Below, in pieces: positions 1-10,892 of a stretch of 64,000 nucleotides of DNA; position 1 is the first letter of the stretch, and the number at the start of each line of letters is the position of its first letter. The position numbers and the translations under genes are program-made. Origin of the DNA: Blastocladiella emersonii ATCC 22665 (Eukaryota; Fungi; Blastocladiomycota); the NCBI GenBank assembly GCA_025594325.1, contig JANHCV010000001.1, forward strand, positions 2,542,001-2,606,000, read 5' to 3'. The notes below the pieces were generated by a model that saw nothing but the letters and a program-made list of their open reading frames with translations, was not told where the DNA came from and did no database searches.

Positions 1-338
1 GGCGCGGCCAGCAGGCGCGGACGGAAGGGTGCGAATGGACCACCGTCATGCGATCGTACCAAAGACGGCAGCGCCGATGAGGCCGAAGAACATGAGCAGC
101 TTGTCGGTGGTGTCGGCAAAGCTACGCGAGCGAGCGAGAGTGTCAGTGTGGGATGAGGCACGACACCACGGAGATCCGCGCACCGGAAGAGCTTGTGGAA
201 GGGGACGGGCGGCAGCGTCGGCGGCGTGACGGGCGCGTAGTCGACGCCCTTGTCAGCACCGTCAACGGCGGCGGACTCGGTCATCTCGACGTCGTCGCCG
301 TGCTTGCCTTCGGGGTCGGCCGTGGTCGTGGCGGCCAT
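1..338 (-). CDS. ABCB (MDR/P-glycoprotein-type) ABC transporter, 5' end only; runs off the left edge
   Basis: Not in the ORF track. Exons 338-184 and 121-60; introns GTGCGC..CGTAG (183-122) and GTACGA (from 59). Spliced translation MAATTTADPEGKHGDDVEMTESAAVDGADKGVDYAPVTPPTLPPVPFHKLFR-FADTTDKLLMFFGLIGAAVFG matches the ABCB N-terminal V.F..LFRFA...D..LM..G.IGA pattern. Confidence 0.85.
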   Translation of the reverse strand, partial: MAATTTADPEGKHGDDVEMTESAAVDGADKGVDYAPVTPPTLPPVPFHKLFRCADLRGVVPHPTLTLSLARVALPTPPTSCSCSSASSALPSLVRSHDGGPFAPFRPRLLAA

Positions 339-1054
339 GGCGGTGTAGGTTGCAGTTGAGCGGGACGGCTCGGAGCGGGAGAGAGAGCTCTCCGAGGGGG
401 ACGAGGTCGCCGCCATGTTGGTGCTTGCCTTGGCAATCCAGTGGCAGGGCGGGCGAAAGTGGGAGACAGCGAGGGGAGGGCCGTCGGGCCGAGATCGAGG
501 CCAGGAAGTCGAGGCCGCGGGTCGGTGGCCGAGGGTTATTCAGAAACCGCTGCGGGCAGAGTGCGATGATGCAAGAGGGCCTCGGGCGAGAACTGGAGGC
601 GTTGCTCGGCGATTGCGTAGAGTGCGGACGATGGCCGCGGTCCGTGTGCGGGGGCCTTGGCCTTTATGAAGAGAAAGAGAGAGGCGTCAACAGGGTGTGG
701 CCGGCCCTGCCACCAACTGAGCTCGGTGGCCAGGGAACCAGGGTCCCAGGGAACCTTCCTTGAAGATCGGACGTCCGCCGGATCAACACTCGACACCGCT
801 TTCGGCGGCCGCAGGGAATGAATCATTCTTCCGACCCGCCGCGGCCCCGCGCGAGCCGCCGGCTGGGAAGTCGCTTCACGTGTGGGCTGACGCCATAACG
901 TTTGCGCCACGTTGAACGCGGCCGGAGTGATTGTCTCGCGTGCGAGACATTTCCAGCGCCACTGCCCGCGTGACCTGACGCGTGATCACTTACACGCGTC
1001 GCGAAATTCCGCACCGGTCTATGACCACAACCAGTGCCGACACCACTACGCTGG

Positions 1055-1825
1055 CTCGGACTCCTGCTGCGCTGGTACGACGTGGGCTCGGGTCGGGTCG
1101 AGGTGGACGCGCTCGACGTGCGGCAGTGGAACCTGCCCAACGTGCGGTCGCACATGGCGCTGGTCGGGCAGGAGCCGCAGCTCTTCTCCATGTCGATCGC
1201 CGACAACATCCGGTACTCGAAGCCCGACGCGACCATGGCCGAGGTGCACGCGGCGGCCGAGGTGTCCAACATCCACAAGTTCATCACGTCGCTGCCCGAC
1301 GGCTACGACACGCTGATCACGGGCGCGCAGGTTTCGGGTGGCCAGAAGCAGCGCATCGCCATTGGTACGGCTTTGCGCTCACGCCCGCGCCCGCGCCCTC
1401 GCGAGTTCGACCGCTAACTGACGCCTTCCCTCGCTCCCTTCCGCTCCCCGACCCTGTAGCTCGGGCCATTCTCAAGTCGCCCAAGATCCTGCTGCTCGAC
1501 GAAAGTACTGCGGCGCTGGACTCCGCGTCCGAGAAGGTTGTGCAGGAGGCGCTCGACCGCGTGTCGGCGGGCCGCACGACCATCACGATTGCGCACCGGT
1601 ACGTCTTTTTTTGAGCTCGTCCGCCTCGTGTCGACGACCCAGTTGCTGACCCTCCCTCCCCTTTTGCGTCCGAAACGTAGTCTCTCGACGATCCAGGACG
1701 CCGACCTCATCCTGTGCATGCGCGACGGCGTGGTCGCCGAGCAGGGCACGCACGACGAGCTGTACGCCATGAACGGGCTGTACACGTCGCTCGTCAACAG
1801 CCAGAAGCTCGGCGGCGGGCACTAG
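1055..1825 (+). pseudogene. 5'-truncated ABCB transporter fragment (C-terminal NBD without Walker A)
   Basis: Exons ~1055-1364, 1460-1598 and 1681-1825, with canonical introns (95 and 82 nt). Encodes [10 protein letters not shown]-loop VGQEP, signature [14 protein letters not shown], Walker B ILLLDE, H-loop [12 protein letters not shown] and a normal C-terminus. No GxxxxGKS/T and no TMD-coding sequence upstream. Confidence 0.8.
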
Positions 1826-1932
1826 GTGCTCTGCGTTCTTGTTCTGTATCCGTTATCTTGTGCGCGTTTTGTGACCGTTTTGGAATCAACACTAGCTCTT
1901 TCTCGGTAACGTCTTCGTGTTTGTTCCTCGGC

Positions 1933-2920
1933 GAGTCTTGACTTTGCTCGACTTGCACAGTCCGACAAGCGACGCGACGCGACGCACCGTGCTCTTCTTG
2001 ATGGGAAAGTTGATCGCGCCCACCGCGACACACGGCTGCTCAAGAGCAAACGGTAGGTAGAGGCAGCACGACCTGGACCGCGAGCACTGCTCCCAAGCAA
2101 CGAGGTTCCAAGCCTCGCACGTTGGTGGTGCGCGGCCACGCTGAAAACGCGTCCCTGTCCAACGACAGTGGACCCGAATCAGTCCCAACGCTTGCGACAG
2201 ACTCTTTGTATTGGTTTAAATCTGAGCGATCGTTCACTGCTTAGAAGCGTGCATTTAGCCCGCGCAGATGCTCTCGGAGCCGCGAGAAGCGACGGAACGC
2301 AGCCTGCGTCGCGACGCTTTTGATCGAAACCTTGATCGCGGGGTTCCCTCGAGGCTTGTCGTCGCTATCGCAAGCCTTCGTCACCTACGTGTTTGCAACC
2401 GCACTGCCCTCCGTCGGGGAGATAGTCGCACGGCCAACACACTCCCTTCGTGCCGCATCGATTGGAGAGTTACACATGTGCGAGACCCAAGAAAGCAGCA
2501 AGCTTGATACGTCGGCAATGACTACCGATGTGCAACACCACGGCGACGTCGCGCTCGAAACAAAGTCCTGTTGCAGCCAACCACTACCACGAGTGATGCG
2601 GATCATGTCTCTCGTGCGCTCGCTGGCCACGGGGCCGAACTGAAGCGTCATTGACCATGGACGCCAATCCCGCATCGATCACGACGCGACCGCGCACGCT
2701 GGATCGTTGTGCCGATCACAACCCGAGAGTTGACTCCCTGCTCGACAACCAGTTTTCAGCCCGTGAAGTCGCGCACGGAGTTTAGAAAAGTGACGCGACG
2801 CGTTTTGATTGGGAAGTTGATCGCGACGTTCATCCCTCGAGACGCGTCGCGCTCGACGACCACTCCCGCCCGAGGTTCCAGCGCTTGCACGGAAAAACCT
2901 GATCATAGGGTCAACGCTTT
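1933..2920. repeat. Three degenerate direct-repeat copies sharing a TTGAT-N7-TTGATCGCG core
   Basis: Cores at 1998-2018, 2320-2340 and 2805-2825, each with a (G)ACGC-containing GC motif shortly upstream. Flanking blocks are also shared (CGAGGTTCCA at 2101 and 2871; CCCTCGAG at ~2346 and ~2834). Confidence 0.6.
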
Positions 2921-4690
2921 AGCATTATCTGCATTACTAGAAGTCTCTCGCCTGCATGCAAGACCCGCCTTGCGAGTCGAGCAAGCTTGCTTACCGCGTC
3001 GCCAAAAGCCGCCGTTGCCGCGGCTGTTGAGCGAGATCGTGACGCGACTCCTCACTCTAGTCCAAAGCCAGCCTCATTCTCAATGACGAAAAGTGATCCA
3101 ATTCCATCGCTTGCGCGTATACATGACACGGCCGAGCTCGTAGCGCGCCCAACTTCAGCGAACGCGGGGCCGCAACCAGTGGCGGCACGACGCGCTTCGG
3201 CGCCGCAACTTTGGACCCTCGTCGTCAAGTTGAGCAAGGATCCCGAAGCGTCACCGCCGTCGCAACGCGGATCGCCGTCTCGCCGCGCGAAACCACAACA
3301 GCAACGACTCGGTCAGACGCGTGTCGCGCTTCCGCGTCGCCAACTCGTCCCGTTAAACGTTCCCCGCTGCCGAGGTTCCATCTCGAGGGCAACGCGCCGC
3401 GAAGGAGCGCGAGGGAGAGAGAGGGCGACGGACCTTCGCGACGGCGGCGGCGCTCCAACCTCACCGGTCATCGGTTGATCCCATCGTTTGCACTGCGGAG
3501 AGCGGAGAGCGAACGCTTCTGGTCGTGGTCACGACGGCCGTTTGCTGCACGACGCCAGCTTCTCGACGCCAGCTGCGCCAGCGCCACACACGCTCTGTCG
3601 GCTCGTTGGTCGTGTGGTTGGTTGGTGGTGCCTCACGCGGGCAGTCCGTGTGTGCGCCAACTTCTGGACTGGCGGTGCTTCGACGACGCCAGCTGGCGTC
3701 TGGCGTCGAGCACAGTGCGACGCCAGGCGCTTGTGTTTGCTCTCATGCAAGCTCGCGGCCGTGTCATGCGAGCGAGCGCGAGGGCGAGGGCGAGGGCGGC
3801 GGTGCTTCCTCACCGCACGACGAGCAGCGGCGACGGGCGACCAACCGAGAACCTGGACCGCTCCACCTTCGAACGCTGGGCGAAGCGCGTCCATATCGCT
3901 GAGGGTGTCTAGCCCGAGGCTCCCTCAACTGGATCCGAGCGCGAGCAGCGGCGGCCATGTGAGAGTGAGATCGTCGCCATTGTCGCCGACGCGATGGAAC
4001 GATGAGATGGCGAACTGGGATGCCGCCGCCACTGACACTGAAAGAGCAGTGTGCTGGAAGGATTCTGCCGGCGCGTCTCGAATCACGCGGTGCAAGCGAG
4101 CGGCGTCGTGGCGGCGGCAGCGGCGGTTTGCGGGGGTGTGTGGTGTTGCGGCGCCGCCGCATGACAACGCCACAGCCAGCCCACGTACCCCCGGCAATAT
4201 GGGAGTGAGCGAGCGCGCGTGAGGGTGACGGCGACCGCTGATGGCAATTCTGATCCGACATCGCAGAGAGAGCCCGCACGCGCGCGCGCGTGTGTGTGGC
4301 GCCGGGCGTCCGTGACCTCTCTTCTGGCAGTCTCTGGCGGCGGCGCCTGACCGTGCTTGCTCGCCGGCCCACACGCTCACACCCGCGTGAGGGACCACAG
4401 CGGCCCATATGGAGGTACCCCGCCGGAATATGGGCGGGGATGCCTGCCCTCGTGCGTACGACGACGATCGCGCCCGCGTCCCTCGCTCGCCGCCCGTTCA
4501 AATACTCGTCGATCCCCCCGACCACCTCCTGGTTTCTGTTCCCTCGTAGAGAGTGTTCAGCTGCGCTGTTTCCCCCTTTCGACCGACCAACGAACCACCC
4601 AACCTCATAGACGACGGACCCCGATCCTGCCCACCGCGCACATCCTCGCTCCGTCACCCACGCCACCACCAACCAACAACCATCACCACC

Positions 4691-7185
4691 ATGACGGCTG
4701 ACGAGAAGCACGTCAACGAGAAGGCCGCCGAGGTCGAGGGCGGCGAGTCGAGTCTCGTCATGGACGCCGACTTCGAGGAGATGATCTCCAAGGTCGTGCC
4801 CACCACCGACGACACGTCGCTGCCGTCGTTCACGCTGCGTGTGTGGATCATCGGCACCTTTTTCTGCTTCATTCTCGGCGGTACGATCACCTTTTGTTTC
4901 TTTCTCGGCGCGGACTCGTTCCGCGTCGTTGCTCGTTCCGCGGCCGCATCATGACCGCGATCACGACGACGCGCGACCACGACGACCACCGCCTCGATCA
5001 CAAACCAACGAACAGCACCACTCACGTACCCCAAACCAAAACCATATAGCCATCAACACGCTCTTCCTGTTCCGCTCGGTCGCGTTCGGCGTGTCCAGCT
5101 ACGTCGCCATCCTGCTCGCGTACCCCATGGGCGTGTTCATGGCCAAGACGATGCCGTCGGTCAAGTTCAACCTGTTCGGCATCGAGGTCGACACCAACCC
5201 GGGCCCCTTCTCGGTCAAGGAGCACGTGCTCATCAACATCTTCGCGTCGACGGGCGCCTCGTCCATCTACGGCATCGACAACCTCGGCGTGCAGGAGATC
5301 TTCTACGACCTCGACATTGGCCACTTCTGGGGCATCGCGTTCCTGTTCTGCTCGGCCACGCTCGGTTTCGGTATCGCCGGCATGTGCCGCTCGTTCATCA
5401 TCCGGCCCAAGGCCATGATCTGGCCGTCGATCCTGCCGTCGGTCGCCATGTTCATGGCGTTCCACCAGGGCGACCTGCACTCGGCCATCGAGGAGGAGGT
5501 CAAGGCCGAGTCGGAGGGCAAGCACTCGTGGTCGCAGCTCAAGATGTTCGGCGTCGGCACGCTGGCCATGGCCATCTACACCTTCTTCCCGTCGTTCATT
5601 GCGCCCATGCTGCGCTTCATCCCGCTGCTGTGCTTCTTCTCGCCGTCGGACTCGGTCATGCAGAAGCTCGGCTCGCCGACGTGGGGTCCCGGCATCGCGT
5701 CGCTGTCGCTCGACTGGACGATTATTGGGTCGGGCCCCATGTCGGTCCCCTTCTGGGTCGCCGTCAACCAGCTCATCTCGTCCATCATCTTCCTGTGGAT
5801 CGTGACCCCGCTCGCGTGGCAGGGCAACTGGTTCAACCAGCCCGCGACGGCCCTGCCGCTCAACACGACGGGCCTGTTCAAGAAGGACGGCAAGTCGTTC
5901 AAGGGCGCCATGATTGTCGACAAGAACACGAAGCGCGTCGTCGACTCGCTGTACGAGAAGGTCAAGCCGATCCACATGTCGAGCCTGTTTGCGTTCGCGT
6001 ACATGGGCCATTTCGCGTCGCTCACCTCGTCGGTCACCAACACCATCGTGTGGCACGGCAAGGACATTGCCCGCCAGTGGCGCGCGGGCGGCAAGGCCGA
6101 CAAGAACGACATCCACTGCCAGCTCATCGACAAGTACGACGAGGTTCCCAACACGTGGTACTACGGCTTCTTCATCGTGACGGGCATCCTGACGACCATC
6201 GTCGGCCAGTTCTCGGGCCTCAACACGCCGTGGTGGGCCACCTTCTTCGCCGTCGCCCTGTCGGCGTTCGGCACGGTCCCGATCGCCATTGTGCTCGCCA
6301 CCTCGGGCATCTCGCTCTACATGAACGTGGTCTCGCAGTTCCTCATCGGCCTCATCCTGCCCGGCCAGCCCATTGTCATGATGGCCTTCAAGTGCCTCGG
6401 CGTCACGGTGTCGCTCCAGTGCCTGACCCTTCTCTCCGACCTGAAGCTGGGTCACTACATGAAGGTATGTGGCAGCTTGCTCGCGCAGCTTGCGCAGCTT
6501 GTGCGACGAAGCCAGGCACACTGACCGCGATCTCGTTCATATTTAGGTCCCGCCTCGCCACGTGTTCCTGTCGCAGCTGCTGTCGCAGATCATGGCCGTC
6601 TTCTTCTGCTACATCACGTACAAGTTCTGGATGCAGAACCCCGCGCACCGCGAGTGGGTCACGCTGTTCGGGTCCAAGGCCGCGACCAGCAACCAGTGGA
6701 CGTCGCAGACGCTCAACACGTACTACTCGGCCTCGCTCATCTGGGGCGCCGTCGGGCCCAAGCGCTTCTTCTTCGAGTCGTCGTACGCGCCCGTCATCTA
6801 CGTCGGCGTCGCCCTCGGCATCTCCCTCCCGATCGTGCTGCGCCTGTGCTACCTGTTCGTCGGCGGCCCGATCCCGTGGCAGCTCATCTACGCGCCCATT
6901 CTGCTCCAGCCCCAGGGTCCCTCGGGCAACCAGGCCTACCACTTTACGGGTTTCCTCGTCTCGGCCTTTTTCCAGTTCTACGTGTACCGCTACCGCTCGG
7001 CGTGGTGGAAAAAGTACAACTACGTCCTCGCCACGGCGTTCGACGTCGGCTCGGCCCTCACCTCGCTCTTCATCACGCTCGTCATCGAGGACCAGGGCAT
7101 CGCCTTCCCCGCCTGGTTCCTCAACTGCGTCGACACGGACGAGCAAAAGTACTGCGGCTACGGTGACTGGTGCCACATCGAGTAA
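4691..7185 (+). CDS. OPT-family oligopeptide transporter (747 aa)
   Basis: join(4691..4880,5050..6464,6547..7185) = 2244 nt. Carries OPT motifs NPGPFSVKEH and KLGHYMKVPPR, the N-terminal VPTTDD..LPSFTLRVW and C-terminal WWKKYNYVLATAFD, and many TM segments. Confidence 0.95.
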
Positions 7186-7652
7186 GATCGTTGTGACGTG
7201 GAGGGAGTCTTGTTTTGTGTGTTCGTTCGAGCACGAAAAAAAATATAGATGCAAGCTCGCTTTCTCATCGTAATTATCTTCGTGTGTTGTGAGCGCCGAC
7301 GTGTCGCTCGCTCGCGACGCCGAGTCTCCCTTCTATCACTCCTTCGAGCCGAGCTGTCATCTTCGGAAGTTTGACAGTCTTTCAGGATTGGTTTCCTGGC
7401 CGCCCACTGCGAGTGAATATGTAGGTGGTGGTGGTGCGCTGATCCGATCAAGGATTCGACGCGTCCTTCATCCGCGCGTGACGCTGAAACGGCCACGCGG
7501 CACGGCGGACCCGAGCCGACGACTCCCTTGTTTGCGCGCGTCACCGAGCTCTTCTCTTCCACACACCATGCTGCTCCCACGTTGGAACTCGGGCATCAAA
7601 CACGAACGAGGAAGAAACGAGACCATGTATACTATGAGTGGCCGAGTGAGGA

Positions 7653-8032
7653 TCACATCCGCGCAGCGGGCATCGTCGGCGCCCACCGCCCGACCCACTC
7701 GCGGATCAAGATGCCCGCGATGCTGCTGGCCGGCGGCACAAACGTCGCACCAGCACCCGCGCCCGCAGTTCCCGCTCCCATGAACCGCGCGTCCGACGCC
7801 GCGACCATCCCGCGCACCTCGTCAGCCGTGAACCAGCGCGCCTCCTCAAGCTCGTCATCATGCAGCACCACGCGCTCGCTCTGCGCCTGGGCCATGCACC
7901 CGAGCATGAGCGAGTTGGGCATGGGCCACGGCTGCGACATGACGTACTCGACCTCGCGCACCTCGACGCCCGTCTCCTCGTACACCTCGCGGCGCGCCGC
8001 GGCCTCGAGCGACTCGCCGGGCTCCACGAACC
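7653..8032 (-). pseudogene. NudC/NPY1-type NADH pyrophosphatase, terminal exon only
   Basis: Begins at acceptor GACAG|GG TTC GTG. Nudix box GFVEPGESLEAAARREVYEETG and NudC motif SQPWPMP.SLMLG are present. No upstream NudC-like sequence was seen in the ~400 bp before the next gene. Confidence 0.7.
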
Positions 8033-8434
8033 CTGTCGTTCACGACCCCGCCGGGTTGCGAGCGACATAAGTGGTCGGTGTTCGGGTGGCGGCGCGGTTG
8101 GGGAGAGGCACCAGCGCGTGGCAATCATCGATCAGTGCTCTCATCAACTCCCGCTTGCCCGCGTGATGCGTGATGCGCGACGCGCGGCCTTCCTGCACGT
8201 GCGGACTGTGGCCCGCGTGGGTCCGCTTGTGGCTGTGGCGCATGATACGATCTGCGGGGGCTATGAACCGTGCGTCACCGCGCCGGCGATTGGGCGCGGC
8301 GCTCGTGTGGCGGAGGCAGCTAGCCTCCTCCGAGGTTCCGCACTGCTCGAGCCCTGCTTTCTCTCTCTCCCCACCAAGAAACGCATCGTTCATCTCAGAC
8401 CCACGAAGCACTCTCTCATCCGAAGAACTAAGCA

Positions 8435-10438
8435 ATGACCGCTCCTCCGCCGCGTGGCGGCTCGCCGAGCCTTGCCATGCACCAGGCGCCGAGCCGGAGC
8501 GCGAGCGCGCACAGCATGCTGGACGCCGTGACGCTGCACGGCGACCTCGCCGACGTGCGGAACCAGGTGTCGGTGCTGCAGTCGCGGCTGCAGAAGGCCA
8601 ACGAGACGGCGCGGCACCTGCAGGACGAGAACCAGTTCTTCCGCGACGTACGTCCACGACCCCCGTGCACTCGACCCGCACCGCGTCCACCAGGCTCACC
8701 GAACCGGACCGGAACACGGCATGTACTGTAGCGGTATGCGCTCATCAAGAACGAGCTCGTGTCGGTGCAGCGCAACACCATCCACCTGCAGCAGCAGCTC
8801 AACTCGACGTCCGTGGCGCTCGAGGACACGCAGTCGAAGCTGTCGCAGTACGAGGTGCTGAACCTGATGCTCGAGGACAAGCTGCACAAGGCCCTCGCCG
8901 CCTTCGAGGAGCTGTCGGGCGAGTACGCGCGCGTGCAGATTGCGCTCGACGAGCGCGACGCCTACTGCCGCGCCCACCACGCCGCGCTGGGCTCGCCGCC
9001 CGCCATCAACCCGGCCGACGTGCCGCTCCCGCCGCCCACGCCCATGTCCATGTCCATGTCGATGGGCAGCCCGACCGCGCCCGCCGTCCCGCTCGACGAC
9101 GCCGAGGCCGCGCGCCGGTCCCGCGTCCAGGCGCTCGTCCACCGCTTCTCGCAGATCTCGGTCCGCGAGCCCGTGTCGCCCGCCATCGCGGCGGCTGCCG
9201 AGGGCGACGACCAGGCGTTTGCGGGCAAGGACTCGGCGTACTACTCGCGCGCGCCGCTCATCGAGGAGCCCGAGCACGACGACGCCGCCGCTGCTGAGCC
9301 CGCGTACAGCGACTCGGTGCCGTCGTCCACGGCAGCCAACCTGTCCGCGCCCGCGGCGCCCGAGCGCACGCGGTCGCCGCGGCCGAACCTGCGCGTGCAG
9401 ATCCCGGCGAACCCGGACGCGCAGCCGATCCAGCAGGTCGCCCCGCCCGCCTCTGCCCCCGCCGCCGGCGGTGGCGCGGCGACGAGCCGGTCGACCATCG
9501 ACTTCATGTCGCTCAGCATGGACGAGCAGTTTGCCGCGCTGCAGTCGGAGCTCAACACGTTCACGCCGGGCAAGCCCGACAAGGTGGGTCCGCGGCAGTC
9601 GATCCACGAGCTCGCGGCTGTCTCGCCGTCGACGCCGACGCGCGACCTGTTCACGAGCCGCCCGACGCCCGTCGCGGCGGCCGCCGCCGTCAACGCGCGC
9701 AAGATCCGCGAGGAGGGCGTGCGGCAGTCGTTCGATATCCTCAAGGCGCTCGGGTCGCTCGAGCGGCAGCTCGACATGATTACGCTCGCGCAGCCCGACG
9801 CGCGGCTCCCGCAGGCCCCGCCGCGGCCCGGGAGTCCGAGTTCGGGCAACGGTAGCAGCCCGCATGTGATCCCGTCGCGGTCGTCGTCGCGCGGCCCGCC
9901 CGGGTCGCCGCAGCTCGGCGCCGCGGTCCCGTCGTCGCCCTCGACGACGCGCCGGCGCAGCTCGCTCGGCGGCGTGCCCATGTACTTTGCCGCGGACGAG
10001 GACCGGTACCGCGAGTCGGTGGGCGGCGTGTCGGACGTGGCGAGCCGGTCGAGCCGCGGGTGGCCCACGTCGGCGCGCACGTCGAGCGACGACTCGTACG
10101 CGAGCGAGATGCAGGCGCAGCAGCATCAGCAGCAGTCCCAGACGGGCTCGTGGAACGGCAGCAGCAGCCTCCCACCGCCGGTCCCCGCAATCCCCGCGAC
10201 GGCGTCGTCGACGTCGCCGTCGACCCCGCACGGGTCCGGGTTCCTCGACGCGCCGTCGTGGGGCTCGGTGCGGTCGCACAGCAGCGACGCGGCGAGCATC
10301 ACGTCCCAGGACTCGACGGGCGCGCGGAGCGCGGGCGCCGCGCCGCCGTCGCCCAACGGGTCCGAAAAGAGGAAGAAGAAGGTCAAGCGGCCGCCCATGG
10401 TGACGGGCGGGCTCAACCTGATGCACGGCGGGTTTTAG
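8435..10438 (+). CDS. Hypothetical protein: N-terminal coiled coil plus long Ser/Pro-rich disordered region
   Basis: join(8435..8647,8732..10438); intron GTACGT..TGTAG keeps the frame. Heptad-like LADVRNQVSVLQSRLQKANE..LQQQLNSTSVALEDTQSKL. Codon usage is GC3-rich. Confidence 0.8.
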
Positions 10439-10892
10439 GAGGAGAGCGCCGTGGACGATGATGGCGGCAGATGGACGCGGGATGATGCGATGCGCGATGG
10501 GCGCGATCTCGCTCAAGATCCCGAGGGAGGAATGTGGAAAACGCAAACGCAACACAATCGCAGTACATTTACATGATAACCTATCATGTCGCTGGGTTTC
10601 AAGGGAGAGGGTGCGGAGAGTGAGTCGGTGGCTGTTTGATAGAGCGGAGAGGAGAGGAGGGAGGTGGAGGAGTCGCCGGAAATAAATAAATCGGCACGTT
10701 TTGAATTTTCATCAGGCCGGTTGGCCGTTCGGTCGCAGCTTCGGGCGGTCCTCGCTCTCCCTCTCCCTCTCCTCCACCCGTCATCGACGACGAGACTAAA
10801 TCTTGCACACACCCAGCAGGGCCACCCGCACCACGACTGCGCTCCCCTCTGCTCCATCCAGCTCGTCCCCGCCGCCGTTCCCCGTCTCGGTG

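Noticed and set aside
855-880. AGKS peptide as the possible missing Walker A exon of the ABCB fragment
   Set aside because: Context is PREPPAGKSL, which lacks the upstream Gly and beta-strand of a P-loop.
750-1030. Several short inverted repeats (TGTCTCGC-GT-GCGAGACA, GACGCGTG..CACGCGTC, GAATG-AAT-CATTC) between the two ABCB pieces
   Set aside because: Stems are 5-8 bp in CG-rich DNA; no TIR/TSD organisation could be shown.
2268-4711. Many 100-300 aa ORFs upstream of OPT
   Set aside because: Arg/Ala-rich shadow ORFs expected at this GC content; no motifs or codon bias.
8290-8330. ASCL peptide resembling the YSCLAG strand that precedes the NudC Nudix box
   Set aside because: No flanking homology and no splice donor in a suitable phase; probably chance.
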